Shown piece by piece: positions 51,687-62,600 of a stretch of 64,000 nt of DNA. The DNA lies in the NCBI GenBank assembly GCA_963662335.2, contig CAXXVD010000001.1:1-64000 (forward strand), given 5' to 3'. Every line of letters starts with the position of its first letter. Position 1 is the first letter of the stretch. The position numbers were made by a program, and so were the translations under genes. The stretch is from Chloroflexota bacterium. Its GTDB lineage: Bacteria > Chloroflexota > UBA11872 > VXOZ01. The notes beneath the pieces were generated by a model. The model saw only the letters and a list, made by a program, of their open reading frames with translations, ran no database searches and was not told where the DNA came from.

Positions 51687-53141
51687 TCACGAGACCGGCG
51701 CTCGCAGTTGCTCCAGCGACAGCTTGTCGAACTCCATCTGCACCGGCACCGGGTAGTCGCCGTTGAAACACGCCAGGCAGAACCGCTCGTAGGGGAGGCC
51801 GGCCGCCTCGACGATGCCCTCGATGCTCAAGTACCCCAGGCTGTCCGCCTGAATGGCGGCCCCGACGGCCGTTTCGGCTTCCTCCCGCGACTTGAACGCG
51901 GACGCGATGATTTCGCCGCGCGTCGGCATGTCAACACCCAAGAAGCACGGGTGGCGAATCGGCGGCGCGGCAATGCGCACGTGCACCTCCGCCGCGCCCG
52001 CCTGGCGCAGCATCTTGACGATTGGCAGCGTATTCGTGCCGCGCACGATCGAATCGTCCACCACCACCACGCGCTGACCCTCCAGCACCTCCGGCATCGG
52101 GTTGTACTTCAACAACACGCCCTGGCGCCGCTGCCGGTCGCTCGGCTGGATGAACGTGCGGTGGATGTAACGATTGCGCACCAGGCCGTCGCGGAGCGGT
52201 AGCTCGCTCTGTTCGGCATACCCCTGCGCCGCGGCAATCGCGCACTCAGGCACGCCCATCACCAGATCGGCGCCCGGGGTTGGCCGCTCGCGCGCAAGTT
52301 GGCGTCCCATCGCGCGCCGCGCGTGGTAGATTAGCGTATCTTCGATGTACGAGTCCGGCCGCGCCAGGTACATGAACTCGAACATGCACACGGCGCGCTT
52401 CTTAACCGGTTGTATGCGATACGAGCACAGACCCTCCGCGTTAATGGCAACCAGTTCGCCCGGCTCTACCTCGCGCACGAACTCCGCGCCCACGGTGTTC
52501 AAAGCGCAACTCTCGGAAGCCACCGCCCACGTCCCATTGAGCGAACCCAGGCAGAGCGGCCGGTTTCCCAGCGGGTCGCGCGCCGCGAGCAACTGGTCCG
52601 CCGTCGCCATCACAAGCGTGTACGAACCCACCAGCCGCGGGAGCGTATGCTGTAGCTTCTCAGGCCACGTGCCGCCCGGCGCAAGCGCGATGAGCCACGC
52701 GGCAATCTCGCTGTCGGTTGAGGACTTGGGGCGCACCCCTAACTCTTCCAGGTCGTCCAACAACTGATCGGCGTTGACGAGATTGCCATTGTGCGCCAGG
52801 GCCAGGGGGCCGAGCGGGCCTTCGACGAATATGGGCTGGGAATTGTCCTCTCTACTCGACCCTTTCGTGGAGTAGCGCGTATGCCCAACCGCCAGAATGC
52901 CCTGAAGGTCTTCCAGGATCTCTTCGGAAAAGACGTGGGAGACCAGGCCCATCTTGCGGTAGACGTGCAGGTTGCGGCCATCGGCGCTGGCAATGCCGGC
53001 GCTCTCTTGCCCGCGGTGTTGGAGCGCGTGCAGGCCGAAGTAGGTGAGTTTCGCTACGTCCAAATCGCGGCCGTAGATGCCAAAGACGCCGCACGCCTCA
53101 CGCGGAGAATCTGAATCGGCTAGAGCCGGTGTGGGATCCAT
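51687..53141 (-). CDS. purF: Amidophosphoribosyltransferase
   Basis: EA-CGVFG, LQHRGQESAG, GHTRYST, VVVDDSIVRGT. Confidence 0.98.
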   Translation of the reverse strand: MDPTPALADSDSPREACGVFGIYGRDLDVAKLTYFGLHALQHRGQESAGIASADGRNLHVYRKMGLVSHVFSEEILEDLQGILAVGHTRYSTKGSSREDNSQPIFVEGPLGPLALAHNGNLVNADQLLDDLEELGVRPKSSTDSEIAAWLIALAPGGTWPEKLQHTLPRLVGSYTLVMATADQLLAARDPLGNRPLCLGSLNGTWAVASESCALNTVGAEFVREVEPGELVAINAEGLCSYRIQPVKKRAVCMFEFMYLARPDSYIEDTLIYHARRAMGRQLARERPTPGADLVMGVPECAIAAAQGYAEQSELPLRDGLVRNRYIHRTFIQPSDRQRRQGVLLKYNPMPEVLEGQRVVVVDDSIVRGTNTLPIVKMLRQAGAAEVHVRIAAPPIRHPCFLGVDMPTRGEIIASAFKSREEAETAVGAAIQADSLGYLSIEGIVEAAGLPYERFCLACFNGDYPVPVQMEFDKLSLEQLRAPVS

Positions 53142-53176
53142 TTCTTGCGCCGCCGCCCCTCTCTGCCGTCTTTACC

Positions 53177-55390
53177 TCATTGCCCTTCCGCCGCCAGTGC
53201 GTCCGCCACTCCATTTTGCCACGCCAAACGCGCACGCGCCAGTGGCACGGGCGCCGCGTCGCCCAGCAGCACGTCGGCGCCGCCGACGCGCCCGATGACC
53301 GTGCAGGGCACACCGCCTTCGCCGGCCGCCGCGGTCACCTCCGCCAGGTTTTCTTCAGGCAGGCTGACGACAATGCGCGATTGACTCTCGCCAAAGAGCA
53401 GTCCGTCCAAGCGCCCGCGGCCCGGCACGTCCGCCTGAAAGCCCAGGCCGCCCGCGATGGCGCTCTCGGCCAACGTGACGGCGAGGCCGCCTTGGGAGCA
53501 ATCGTGGGCGCTGCTGAGCAGACCGGCGCGGATGAGCCGGCGGCAGACGGCCTGCACCCGCGCTTCCACGTCCAGATCCAGTGGCGGCGCGCGGCCCGTC
53601 ACCGTGCCGTGGATGACGGCCAGATACTCGCTGCCGCCGCAATCATCGCTCTGCGGACCCAATAGCGCGATGAGGTCGCCTTCCTGCGTGAAGGCGAGCG
53701 TAGCGCTCCGCCGCACGTCGTCCAGCTTGCCCACCATGCCGACCATGGGCGTCGGATAGATGGCCTGGCCGCGCGTTTCGTTATAGAGGCTGACGTTGCC
53801 GCTCACGACCGGCACGTCCAGCGCCTCGCAGGCGGCGGCCATGCCGCGTATCACGCCTTCCAACTGGTAGTAGACGTCGCTCTTTTCCGGATTGCCGAAG
53901 TTGAGGCAGTTGGTAAGCGCCAGCGGCTCGGCGCCCACGCACGCCAGGTTGCGCGCCGCTTCCGCGACGGCAATCGCGCCGCCGGCAAACGGCTCGAGAT
54001 AGCAGTACCGTCCGTTGCCGTCAATGGTGACGGCCAGGCCCAGCGGCGTCCCTTTCACGCGCAAGACCGCCGCGTCTCCACCCGGCCCCTGCACAGTATT
54101 GACTTGGACGCTGTAGTCGTACTGCTGATAGACGCTCTCTTTGCTCGCAATGTTGGGACTGGCGAGCAGCGTCAGCAAGACTTCACCGTAATCCTGGGGC
54201 TTCGGCAGCGACTCCGGCTTGAAGGCGCGCGCCTGCCGCACATAGTCCGGTTCCGTGCCCTCGCGCACGTAGGTCGGCGCGTCGGCGAGCAGATGCGCGG
54301 GAATCTCCGCCGCCACCTCCGCGCCGTCGCGCACGCGCACCACGCCGTCGTCGGTGACGTGGCCGATCACGGTAGAGTGCAATCCCCAGCGCGTGAAGAT
54401 GGCCTCCACCTGCGCCTCCGCGCCCCGCCGCACGATCGCCAACATGCGCTCCTGGCTCTCGCTCAACATGATTTCGTAGGGGGTCATGCCCTCTTCGCGG
54501 CAGGGCACGCGGCTCACGTCGATATCCACGCCGCTCTCGCCCTTGTGCGCCGCTTCCACGGCGGAACTGGTCAGGCCGGCCGCGCCGAGGTCTTGCAACC
54601 CCACCAGGTGCTCGGTCTCGCCCAACTCCAGGCAAGCCTCGATGAGCAGTTTCTCCATGAAGGGATCGCCCACCTGCACCACACCACGGTGCGATAGCTC
54701 CGGATCGTCCAGCGAGGCAAACGACGCGCCGTGAATGCCGTCGCGGCCCGTTGCCGCGCCTACCAGCAGCAACGTATTGCCCGCGCCGCGCGCCCGGGCG
54801 CGAATGAGCTTCTCGTGGGGAATGAGGCCGACGCACATGGCGTTGACGAGCGGGTTGCCGCCGTAGCACGGCGCGAAATTCACCTCGCCGCCCACGTCCG
54901 GGATGCCGACGCAGTTGCCGTAGTGGCTGATGCCGCCGACGACGCCGTTGAAAAGGTAGCGGTTGCGCGCCTCTACGAGAGGCCCGAAGCGCAACGAATT
55001 GAGCAGCGCAATGGGACGCGCGCCCATGGTGAAGATGTCGCGCACGATGCCGCCGACGCCGGTGGCCGCGCCCTGGAACGGCTCCACCGCGCTGGGATGG
55101 TTGTGGCTCTCCACCTTGAAGACCACGGCCAGCCCGTGCCCGATGTCCACCGCCCCGGCGTTCTCCTCACCCGCGCCGATGAGGACGTGCGTGCCGGTGG
55201 TGGGCAACAGCTTCAGCAAGGGACGGGAGTTCTTGTAGCCGCAGTGCTCGCTCCACATCGCGCCGAACATGCCCAGTTCGACGCGGTTCGGCGCGCGGCC
55301 AAGTTGGGCGCAGATACGGTCGTACTCGCCGCGGGTGAGCGAGACTTCCCGCAGGTCGGCGTCGGTTAGGTGGCTAGCGGCTTGAGACAC
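53177..55390 (-). CDS. purL: FGAM synthetase subunit PurL
   Basis: MWSEHCGYK, ESHNHPSAVEP, TGRDGIHGA, LSESQERM, SGNVSLYNE. Confidence 0.97.
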   Translation of the reverse strand: MSQAASHLTDADLREVSLTRGEYDRICAQLGRAPNRVELGMFGAMWSEHCGYKNSRPLLKLLPTTGTHVLIGAGEENAGAVDIGHGLAVVFKVESHNHPSAVEPFQGAATGVGGIVRDIFTMGARPIALLNSLRFGPLVEARNRYLFNGVVGGISHYGNCVGIPDVGGEVNFAPCYGGNPLVNAMCVGLIPHEKLIRARARGAGNTLLLVGAATGRDGIHGASFASLDDPELSHRGVVQVGDPFMEKLLIEACLELGETEHLVGLQDLGAAGLTSSAVEAAHKGESGVDIDVSRVPCREEGMTPYEIMLSESQERMLAIVRRGAEAQVEAIFTRWGLHSTVIGHVTDDGVVRVRDGAEVAAEIPAHLLADAPTYVREGTEPDYVRQARAFKPESLPKPQDYGEVLLTLLASPNIASKESVYQQYDYSVQVNTVQGPGGDAAVLRVKGTPLGLAVTIDGNGRYCYLEPFAGGAIAVAEAARNLACVGAEPLALTNCLNFGNPEKSDVYYQLEGVIRGMAAACEALDVPVVSGNVSLYNETRGQAIYPTPMVGMVGKLDDVRRSATLAFTQEGDLIALLGPQSDDCGGSEYLAVIHGTVTGRAPPLDLDVEARVQAVCRRLIRAGLLSSAHDCSQGGLAVTLAESAIAGGLGFQADVPGRGRLDGLLFGESQSRIVVSLPEENLAEVTAAAGEGGVPCTVIGRVGGADVLLGDAAPVPLARARLAWQNGVADALAAEGQ

Positions 55391-55516
55391 GCACTTCCTC
55401 TCGGCAGCAAAGTTCGCGGATCGGACGCCGGCATTGGCACAGTCTCTCCCTCTTTCGCAGGAGCACGGAAGATAGTCGGAGTATGCAGACGCGGCCCTCG
55501 GAAGATCCCAACTGCA

Positions 55517-55592
55517 TGTCATTCCGAGCGCAGCGAGGAATCTCGGGGCTCCCGCGCTATAGATTCTTCGTCGCTGCGCTCCTCAGAATGAC
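55517..55592. repeat. Inverted palindromic element pair between purQ and purL
   Basis: TGTCATTCCGAGCGCAGCGAGGAATCT ... AGATTCTTCGTCGCTGCGCTCCTCAGAATGACA; same as 33661-33737. Confidence 0.85.
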
Positions 55593-55657
55593 AGTCCTGA
55601 TGACTGCTTCCCGCCTGTGTATAGGCAAAGTCGCGCAGAGTTACGCGCTGCGCGTAC

Positions 55658-56365
55658 CTATGCCCGCACCGGCGCGGGCGCAACCGCCGCGGCCAGCGCC
55701 TGCCACATGCCCAGTCCGTCGGAACTCCCAAGGAGCGGCTCCGCGCAGCGTTCCGGGTGCGGCATGAGGGCGAACACGTTGCCGGCCTCGTTGCAGACCC
55801 CGGCGATGTTGTCCACGGAGCCGTTGGGGTTTGCCGCCGGAGTGATCTCGCCCGCCGCGTCGCAGTAGCGCAGCGCGATCTGGCCCGCGTCCCGCATCCG
55901 GCTCAGTGTATCCGGGTCGGCCACGTAATTCCCGTCGCCGTGCGCGATCGGCATGCGCAGCACCTGCCCCGGGCGATACGCCGCCAGGAACGGCGACGCC
56001 GTGCTCTCCACGCGCACGTGCGCCCAGCGGCAGCGGAATTCCAGCGCCTGGTTCCGCAGCAACGCGCCGGGCACGAGACCGGCCTCGGCCAGAATCTGAA
56101 AGCCGTTGCAGATGCCGAGCACCAGCCCCCCGGCCCGCGCGAATCCGGTAACGGCCGCCATCACCGGCGAGAACCGCGCGATCGACCCGGACCGCAGGTA
56201 GTCGCCGTAGGAGAAGCCCCCCGGCAGCACGAGCGCGTCGTACGGCGCGAGATTGGTCTCCTGGTGCCAGACCAGATCCGCTTCTTGCCGCAGCACGGCG
56301 CGGGCAACGTGCAGGCAGTCGTAGTCGCAATTGGAGCCGGGGAACTGCACAATGCCAATGCTCAC
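55658..56365 (-). CDS. purQ: FGAM synthetase glutaminase subunit PurQ
   Basis: [31 protein letters not shown]. Confidence 0.97.
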   Translation of the reverse strand: MSIGIVQFPGSNCDYDCLHVARAVLRQEADLVWHQETNLAPYDALVLPGGFSYGDYLRSGSIARFSPVMAAVTGFARAGGLVLGICNGFQILAEAGLVPGALLRNQALEFRCRWAHVRVESTASPFLAAYRPGQVLRMPIAHGDGNYVADPDTLSRMRDAGQIALRYCDAAGEITPAANPNGSVDNIAGVCNEAGNVFALMPHPERCAEPLLGSSDGLGMWQALAAAVAPAPVRA

Positions 56366-56613
56366 GGCAGCGTCTCCAGATCGAAGCGGTAGCTCTCGAT
56401 GACCGGGTTGGCCAGGAGTTGGCGGCACATGGCATCCACTTCCGCGCGGGCGCGCTCCGTATCGTCGGTGCTCAGTTCCACCTCCAGGTACTTTCCCATC
56501 CGCACGGAGGCCACGTCCGCGAAGCCCAGGTGGTGCAGCGCGGTGCGGATGGTGTTCCCTTGCGGGTCGAGCACCGTCGGCTTATACGAAATATAGATGC
56601 GCGCCTTCGTCAC
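56362..56613 (-). CDS. purS: FGAM synthetase subunit PurS
   Basis: [19 protein letters not shown]. Confidence 0.96.
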   Translation of the reverse strand: MTKARIYISYKPTVLDPQGNTIRTALHHLGFADVASVRMGKYLEVELSTDDTERARAEVDAMCRQLLANPVIESYRFDLETLP

Positions 56614-56675
56614 TGCCGCACAAACCCTATCTCAATCCTGCTGCCGGGACGCTTCACCGCGTCAGACCGCCGCGC

Positions 56676-59543
56676 CTACTCCTCGAGCTGCCGTTGCAGT
56701 TCATCCAGGAGTTGCTGGTTCAGGTTCAGTTGATCCTGCATTAACTGGTTCTGCCGCCGGAGCGCGTCGAGCAGTTCCTGAACCGGAGTTTGCTCTCCGC
56801 TAGGCGTGGCCGTGGCCGGCGGCGGGGTCAGTTGGCGCGGCGGCGGGGTGGCGCCGGCCTGCGGCGTGGCCGCCGGTTGCGCGGCCGCCGTCGGCGTCGG
56901 CAAGACTACGGGAGCGGGCGTGGGCGCTGGCGTCGGCGTGACCGTCCCTTGCGCGGCGCCGCCTTGCTGGGCAGGCGCGCCGCTGCCGGTGAAGAGCGCC
57001 TCCACGTCCGCGCCAAAGAGTTCCTGCAACCCTTGCAGCACGCTCTCCGCCATCACCACGTTGGAGCCGTTGGCGATGATCACGCGCTTGAGTTCCGGCA
57101 ATTGCCCCTGCTCGGATTGCAGATATATCGGCTCCACGTATAGGTTCGATTGGCCGATGGGCACCACGAGCAGATTGCCGCGAATCACCCGGGAACCGCC
57201 CTGCCCCCAGAGCGTGAACTGCTGCGAAATCGTGGTATCCTGGTCGGCCCGCGCTTCGATCTGCATCGGCCCGAAGATCAGCTTGTCCTTGGGATATTTG
57301 AACGCGAAGAGCGAGCCGTAGCCCTCGGGGTCGGAGCGCGCCGCCAGCCACGCCACCATGTTGTCCTTCTGAATTGGCGTGTACGGCATGATGAGGATGA
57401 ACTCCTCGCGCGGGAACTCCGGCAGCCGCATGATCACGTAGTAAGGCCGCACCGGCACCTGGCCGCCGCCGTAGAGTTCGCGCGGCCGCGAGAACGCATC
57501 CTCGCGGTTGTAGAAGATGTCCGGCTTCTGCATGTGGTAGAGCGAGTACAACTCCACCTGCACCTGGAAGAGAAACGCCGGATAGCGAATGTGCTGGAGA
57601 ATTGACGGCGGCATCTCGCTCAGCGGCTGGAAGAGGTCCGGGAAGGCTTTCGAATACGCCTGCAGAATCGGTTCATCTTCCTCCACCGCGTAGAGGCGCA
57701 CGCTACCGTCGTACGCGTTTACGGTCGCCTTGACGCTATTGCGAATGTAGTTGAACGCGCCGGCCAACGGCTGCGAGTAGGGATAGCGGTTGGTGAACGT
57801 GTAGGCGTCCACGATCCAGAAGAGTTGGCCGTCGGCAACGACAATATACGGGTCCTGGTCGATGACGAGAAACGGCGCTACCGTCGCGACGCGCTCGCGC
57901 ACGTGGCGGCGGTAGAGAATCTGGCTCTCGGGTGTCAGGTCGTCGGAGAGCAGGATATTCACGTCTTTGAGGTACCAGGCGTACAGCAGCTTGCGCAGAT
58001 ACGTCCCAACGCCCACGCCGGTGCGCGACTGGTAGGTCGAGCGCACGTTGTCGTCGCCGCTGGGGTAGTCGATTTCCTGTATGCGCGCATTGACGATCAC
58101 ATAGTCTATCGTCTTTTCACCGTAGTAGATCTCCGGCCGGTTGACCTCCATGATCCCCGTGGGCGGCACGTCCTTGAGGAAGAACGCCGGCAACCCTTCG
58201 GGCGATACCTCGTTCACCGGGCTCATCACCACACCGTAGCCGTGGGTGAACTGGAGCCTGCGGTTCACCCAGGTCTGGGCCGAACCCGGCAGTTTCTCAG
58301 GGGAAAGTTCACGCGCGCCGACCATCACCTGGCGGTATTCACCGTCCACGTAATAGCGGTCCACGTCGGCGTCGAGGATGTCGTAGTAGAGCCGGATGCT
58401 CTGCACCTGGTTGTACGTGATGAGCAGCGGCTCCGGGTCCCACAGGCGGAAGTTGCGCACGGTGAGCGGGTTGCCCAGCAACTCTTCCTGCGTTACGGCG
58501 GACTCGCCCGGATGCTCCTGTTCCACGATGCGGTTGAGACCGTACGCTTCTCGCGTGAACTCGATGTTGTTCTCGATGTATGGGCGCTCTCGCTCCAACT
58601 CATTCGGCTGCACGTCGAAGCGATGCGCCAGGCCGGGATAGGCCCAGCCGCCCACCACGAGCACGAGGAGCCACAGGCCGATACCGCCAATGGGCAGCCA
58701 GCGCTGGTTGAACGCCGCGCCAATGAGAAGGGCGACGGCGGCAATCACGGCCAAGACGATAAGCGCCTGCTGCACCGGCTGCATGATGGTGGCGTCGATG
58801 TAACTCGCGCCATAGGCGGCGCCCCGCGTGGAGAATTCCAGCGTGTGCAGGCTGAGCCAGTGGCTCCACCCTATCAATAGCAGCACGAAGAAGCCGAGCA
58901 CGGCGAGATGAATGCGAATTGGCGGCCCGGCGACGATGCTGCGGGGAATCTCCCGCCGCTCACCCTCGTCGTCTTCCGGCGAGATCATGTAGGGCAGCAC
59001 CAGGCGGAAACCGTAGGCAAAGACCGCCACGACCACTACCACGATGAAGGCGCGGAAGAGCCAGCCCTGCGCGAATTCCAGCAGCGGAAGCGTGAAGACG
59101 AAGAAGGAAAGGTCACGCTCGAAAAGCGGGTCAGTAATGCCAAACGGGATGAGATTCTGGGCGCGCAGCACCGTATTCCACTGCCCGGCGGCCAGCAGCC
59201 CGAACAAAACGGACGCGACCACACCGACAATGCCGGATATTATGCGGGAAACCAGTTCCGTCCGCCGCGCTGAGTTCGAGAGGAAGTCCTCGCCGGTGTT
59301 GTACGCTTGGCGCGCCACGATCTTGCGCACTAAGGCCATATTGCCAAAGTACAGCACGCCAAAACCGATCAAGCCGCCGGCAAACAAACCGACTTGCAAG
59401 GTGATGATGCGGGAAAAGACATCCGTGCGCCCAAGGCTTTCGTACCACAGCCAATCGGCGATGATATTCGGCACCACGAGCACCAGCGCGATGAAGACGA
59501 CGATGCCAACGAATACGCCGCCAATCACAGTGTTGCGCTGCAT
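56676..59543 (-). CDS. UPF0182 family membrane protein
   Basis: DWLWY, DLSFFVF.LP, FTHGYG, PEIYYGE, NYIRNSVKA, VIRGNLL, YVEPIY. Confidence 0.93.
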   Translation of the reverse strand: MQRNTVIGGVFVGIVVFIALVLVVPNIIADWLWYESLGRTDVFSRIITLQVGLFAGGLIGFGVLYFGNMALVRKIVARQAYNTGEDFLSNSARRTELVSRIISGIVGVVASVLFGLLAAGQWNTVLRAQNLIPFGITDPLFERDLSFFVFTLPLLEFAQGWLFRAFIVVVVVAVFAYGFRLVLPYMISPEDDEGERREIPRSIVAGPPIRIHLAVLGFFVLLLIGWSHWLSLHTLEFSTRGAAYGASYIDATIMQPVQQALIVLAVIAAVALLIGAAFNQRWLPIGGIGLWLLVLVVGGWAYPGLAHRFDVQPNELERERPYIENNIEFTREAYGLNRIVEQEHPGESAVTQEELLGNPLTVRNFRLWDPEPLLITYNQVQSIRLYYDILDADVDRYYVDGEYRQVMVGARELSPEKLPGSAQTWVNRRLQFTHGYGVVMSPVNEVSPEGLPAFFLKDVPPTGIMEVNRPEIYYGEKTIDYVIVNARIQEIDYPSGDDNVRSTYQSRTGVGVGTYLRKLLYAWYLKDVNILLSDDLTPESQILYRRHVRERVATVAPFLVIDQDPYIVVADGQLFWIVDAYTFTNRYPYSQPLAGAFNYIRNSVKATVNAYDGSVRLYAVEEDEPILQAYSKAFPDLFQPLSEMPPSILQHIRYPAFLFQVQVELYSLYHMQKPDIFYNREDAFSRPRELYGGGQVPVRPYYVIMRLPEFPREEFILIMPYTPIQKDNMVAWLAARSDPEGYGSLFAFKYPKDKLIFGPMQIEARADQDTTISQQFTLWGQGGSRVIRGNLLVVPIGQSNLYVEPIYLQSEQGQLPELKRVIIANGSNVVMAESVLQGLQELFGADVEALFTGSGAPAQQGGAAQGTVTPTPAPTPAPVVLPTPTAAAQPAATPQAGATPPPRQLTPPPATATPSGEQTPVQELLDALRRQNQLMQDQLNLNQQLLDELQRQLEE

Positions 59544-59688
59544 GGGTTGTCCTCACAATCTGCGTCGCGAAGCGGTTGATACGGCGCGCCGCGTGGCGGC
59601 GCGGCGAAAAGCGGCGCACTACCCACATGCTCGCTCGGCACGCTGATAGTGCGCCTCAGTCCATCGCTCGGATTCGCCACTCTCGGCG

Positions 59689-61509
59689 CTATTGAGAATC
59701 AGAGTCTTTTGCCGTTGCCTCGCCGGAATCCGCCTGACCGTCGCTCGCGCCGGCCGGGTCGCCATTCTGGCCGGGCGCGTCCGCCGGCCCGTTCTCGCGT
59801 TGACCGAGGGCCAGCCCCCCGGCGTAGCCGGTAAGCGCGGCCACGCCCACGGGTTCGCGCTGCGGCCGGTGCGCCTCGATGATGTCTTTCACCTCTTCGC
59901 CGTGCAACTCCAATTGCTCCAGGAGGCGCTCGGCAATCACGTGCACCTCGTCGGCGTGTTCCGCCAAAAGTTGCTTAACTTCGCGGTACTGTTCGTCCAG
60001 CAGCGACTCGATGCGGCGCTTGGTGTCCGGGTCGATGCCGCCCAAGCCGGTAGGCATGGCCAGGTAGGAATAGAAGCTATTGCCCATGCCAAAGTAGCCG
60101 AAGTACCCCATCGCCAGGCGCGTGGCCTGCTGCAAGTCGGAGGTCACGCCGGTAAGGCCGGTGCCCAGGAAGAGTTCCTCCGCGGCGCGGCTGGCCAGGG
60201 CCACTTTGATTTCCGAGAGGATTTCTTCCCGTGTCTGCGTGTACCGCTCCTCCAGCGGCGTGCTCGCGGCCAGACCCAGCGCGCGGCCGTAGCGGATGAT
60301 CGTCACCTTATAGAGCTTGTTCTCCGGCTGGAGCAAGGCCATGGCGATGGCGTGACCGGTCTCGTGGTAGGCCAGCCGCCGCCGTTCCCGTTCGCTCATG
60401 CTGCGGATTGGCTGGCGCAGGCCCCACTCGTTGGTCTCGCGCGCCTCGCTGAAGTCCTTGTACGAGATGTAGTCCCGGCCCTCGAAGTGCGCCACCACGG
60501 CCGCCTCGTTGATGAGGTACTTGATGCTCACCGGCGTATAGCTCACCGTATCGGCGGCAATCTTATCGATGTCGATGTCCGGGTCGTGCCGCACCTTGTC
60601 CAGGTAGTACTGGATGACGTCCTTGCGGCCGTCGAAGTCGGGCGCGTCGATGGTAATCTTGCGGTCGAAGCGGCCGGGGCGGAGCAGGGCCTGATCCAGC
60701 ACCTCGGCGATGTTCGTCGCGCCAATCGTGAGCACCACGGGCTGTATCGCCTTGCCGCGGCGCAGACCCAAGCGGCGCAGAATGCGCGCCTTCATACTGG
60801 TATCCACGTTGGGTGGGTCCATCTCCAGCAGCAGCGTGTTGAGCATGCCCATGCCGCCGCCGAACATGCCGCCCATCGCACCCATGCCGCCGCCCATTTG
60901 CGACGTGCGGGCGGTGCCTACCGCGTCGATTTCGTCGATGAAGATGATGGCGGAGCCATACTTCCGCGCCAGCCGCCGCGCCTTGCCGTAGAGCATCATG
61001 ATGCGCAGGTTGCCCACGCCCATGAACATGTTCTGAAAACCGGGCGCGGAGGCGTACGCAAACGGCACGCCGGCCTCGGTGGCAATCGCTTGCGCCAGGT
61101 ACGTCTTACCCGTACCCGGCGGGCCAATGAGCAACAGGCCGCGCGAGACCTCGCCGCCCATGCGCTTGAAGTCGCGCACGCCCCGCAGCAGGGTCACAAT
61201 GCGCGCGGATACTTCCAGCACCTGTTCGTTGCCGCGATAGTCCTTGAAGGAAATGCCGGTCTCGCCGCCGGGCATGATCCAGTAGACTCGGCCGCGTCCC
61301 AGGAACCAGAAGAGCGCCACGAACTGGATGAGTACGAAGAGAATGGCGAAAGCAAGCTGGAAGAGGGTGGCAAAGATGAGGAAGAGGATTTGCAGGACAT
61401 TGCCCGCGCCAAAGGTGGCGACAGACCACCAGAAACCGAGCGCGACCACTACCCACAGCAGGATGCCGCGCCAATGCCGACCGATGAACCCTAGCACTCC
61501 GCCAATCAT
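59689..61509 (-). CDS. FtsH-like membrane AAA+ zinc metalloprotease (divergent paralog)
   Basis: Two N-terminal TM helices, GPPGTGKT, IFIDEID, ALLRPGRFDR, HETGH, SDLQQAT. Confidence 0.9.
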   Translation of the reverse strand: MIGGVLGFIGRHWRGILLWVVVALGFWWSVATFGAGNVLQILFLIFATLFQLAFAILFVLIQFVALFWFLGRGRVYWIMPGGETGISFKDYRGNEQVLEVSARIVTLLRGVRDFKRMGGEVSRGLLLIGPPGTGKTYLAQAIATEAGVPFAYASAPGFQNMFMGVGNLRIMMLYGKARRLARKYGSAIIFIDEIDAVGTARTSQMGGGMGAMGGMFGGGMGMLNTLLLEMDPPNVDTSMKARILRRLGLRRGKAIQPVVLTIGATNIAEVLDQALLRPGRFDRKITIDAPDFDGRKDVIQYYLDKVRHDPDIDIDKIAADTVSYTPVSIKYLINEAAVVAHFEGRDYISYKDFSEARETNEWGLRQPIRSMSERERRRLAYHETGHAIAMALLQPENKLYKVTIIRYGRALGLAASTPLEERYTQTREEILSEIKVALASRAAEELFLGTGLTGVTSDLQQATRLAMGYFGYFGMGNSFYSYLAMPTGLGGIDPDTKRRIESLLDEQYREVKQLLAEHADEVHVIAERLLEQLELHGEEVKDIIEAHRPQREPVGVAALTGYAGGLALGQRENGPADAPGQNGDPAGASDGQADSGEATAKDSDSQ

Positions 61510-61627
61510 AGTCTCACCGTGCCTTCCATGCGCTACGAGGACCGGTTGCCACTACTGTACCACGTTTCGCGCCGCGCACGTCCGCGCCCACCAAACCGCG
61601 CGCATGCTCGAGCGTCTATTGCCACCC

Positions 61628-61636
61628 ATTATAGCA
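61628..61636 (-). promoter_or_regulatory. Extended -10 promoter element upstream of the FtsH-like gene
   Basis: Perfect TGCTATAAT on the minus strand in GC-rich DNA. Confidence 0.55.
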
Positions 61637-61841
61637 CGCGGTATCGAGGCAGTAGCCGCTAGCTTCTCGACAACCTTAAGAATTGCATAAGAGTCTCGCA
61701 TTTGCCGCGTTGCCGTCCGCCGCTGGGCGTTGCCGCGCGGTAGCTTCCGCCCTCGTGGGCGCGGTATAGTGGGTGCGCGTGTGCGGCGCGGCAGTCCGCA
61801 AGCGCGCGCAAGCTGTGAGGCAGGCGCGTGAGGAGACTTGC

Positions 61842-62600
61842 ATGACGGTCGCTAAGTCCCAGATTCGCGCGGGACTGCAAGCGCTTGGCGTTGTATCCGG
61901 CGACCTGCTGCTCGTCCATAGTTCCCTGCGCAGCTTTGGCTACGTGGACGGCGGCGCCGAGGCGGTGCTCGACGCGCTCTTGGAAGCGGTAGGCGAGAGC
62001 GGCACGGTGCTCGTCCCCACGCTCACCTTCTCGATTCTCAAGTCCCGCCCGCACTTCTTCTCCGTCAGGAGCACGCCGTCATCATCGGGACGGATAACGG
62101 AGACGCTGCGCCAACGCGCCGCGGCCCGCCGCAGCCGCCATCCCGTCTCGTCAGCCGCCGCCATCGGCGCGCAGGCGGCTTACCTGACCGCCGCGCACGC
62201 TGACACGCCCTGCGGCCCGGATTCGCCCTACTACCGCCTCTATGAGCGCGGCGGCAAGGTCGTCTTCTTTGGCGCGTCGCTCGGTTCCAATTCGGTCTTC
62301 CACTGCGCCGAGGAGATCGCGCAACCCGCCTACTTGGGCTACGCCGCGATTGAGGCCGCCATCGTGGAAGAGGCCAACGGCCGCAGACGCACCGTCACCG
62401 CCCGCCGCTACGACTGCTTCGATCGCGGCGTAATCCGCCACTTGGGCAACATGGAGCCGGTATTCCGCGAGCGCGGACTCCTGCGGCGCACCGTAATTGG
62501 GGAAAGCCGCACGTACCTCATAGACGCCCAAACCAACGTGGACGTCTCTTGTGAAGTCTTGAAGACCAACCCTCACTACATCCTCTCCCCACTACCCTAG
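61842..62600 (+). CDS. AAC(3)/Antibiotic_NAT family N-acetyltransferase
   Basis: LLVHSSL, GTVLVPT, RSRHP, NSVFHCAEE; AGGAG RBS. Confidence 0.88.
   Translation: MTVAKSQIRAGLQALGVVSGDLLLVHSSLRSFGYVDGGAEAVLDALLEAVGESGTVLVPTLTFSILKSRPHFFSVRSTPSSSGRITETLRQRAAARRSRHPVSSAAAIGAQAAYLTAAHADTPCGPDSPYYRLYERGGKVVFFGASLGSNSVFHCAEEIAQPAYLGYAAIEAAIVEEANGRRRTVTARRYDCFDRGVIRHLGNMEPVFRERGLLRRTVIGESRTYLIDAQTNVDVSCEVLKTNPHYILSPLP

Noticed and set aside
55391-55657. ZTP/purine riboswitch or a longer PurL N-terminus in the purQ-purL gap
   Set aside because: No riboswitch consensus recognised; the gap is partly a palindromic repeat pair and GTG 55390 has a good RBS
59692-61494. Long antisense ORFs (600 aa here; also 35754-37847, 50790-52202, 9087-10367, 21346-22653)
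   Set aside because: Shadow ORFs opposite well-supported genes in high-GC DNA, with no recognisable motifs
61842-62600. Aminoglycoside resistance gene; likewise VanW as vancomycin resistance
   Set aside because: Family membership only, with no mobile context or van cluster; both families are widespread with other roles
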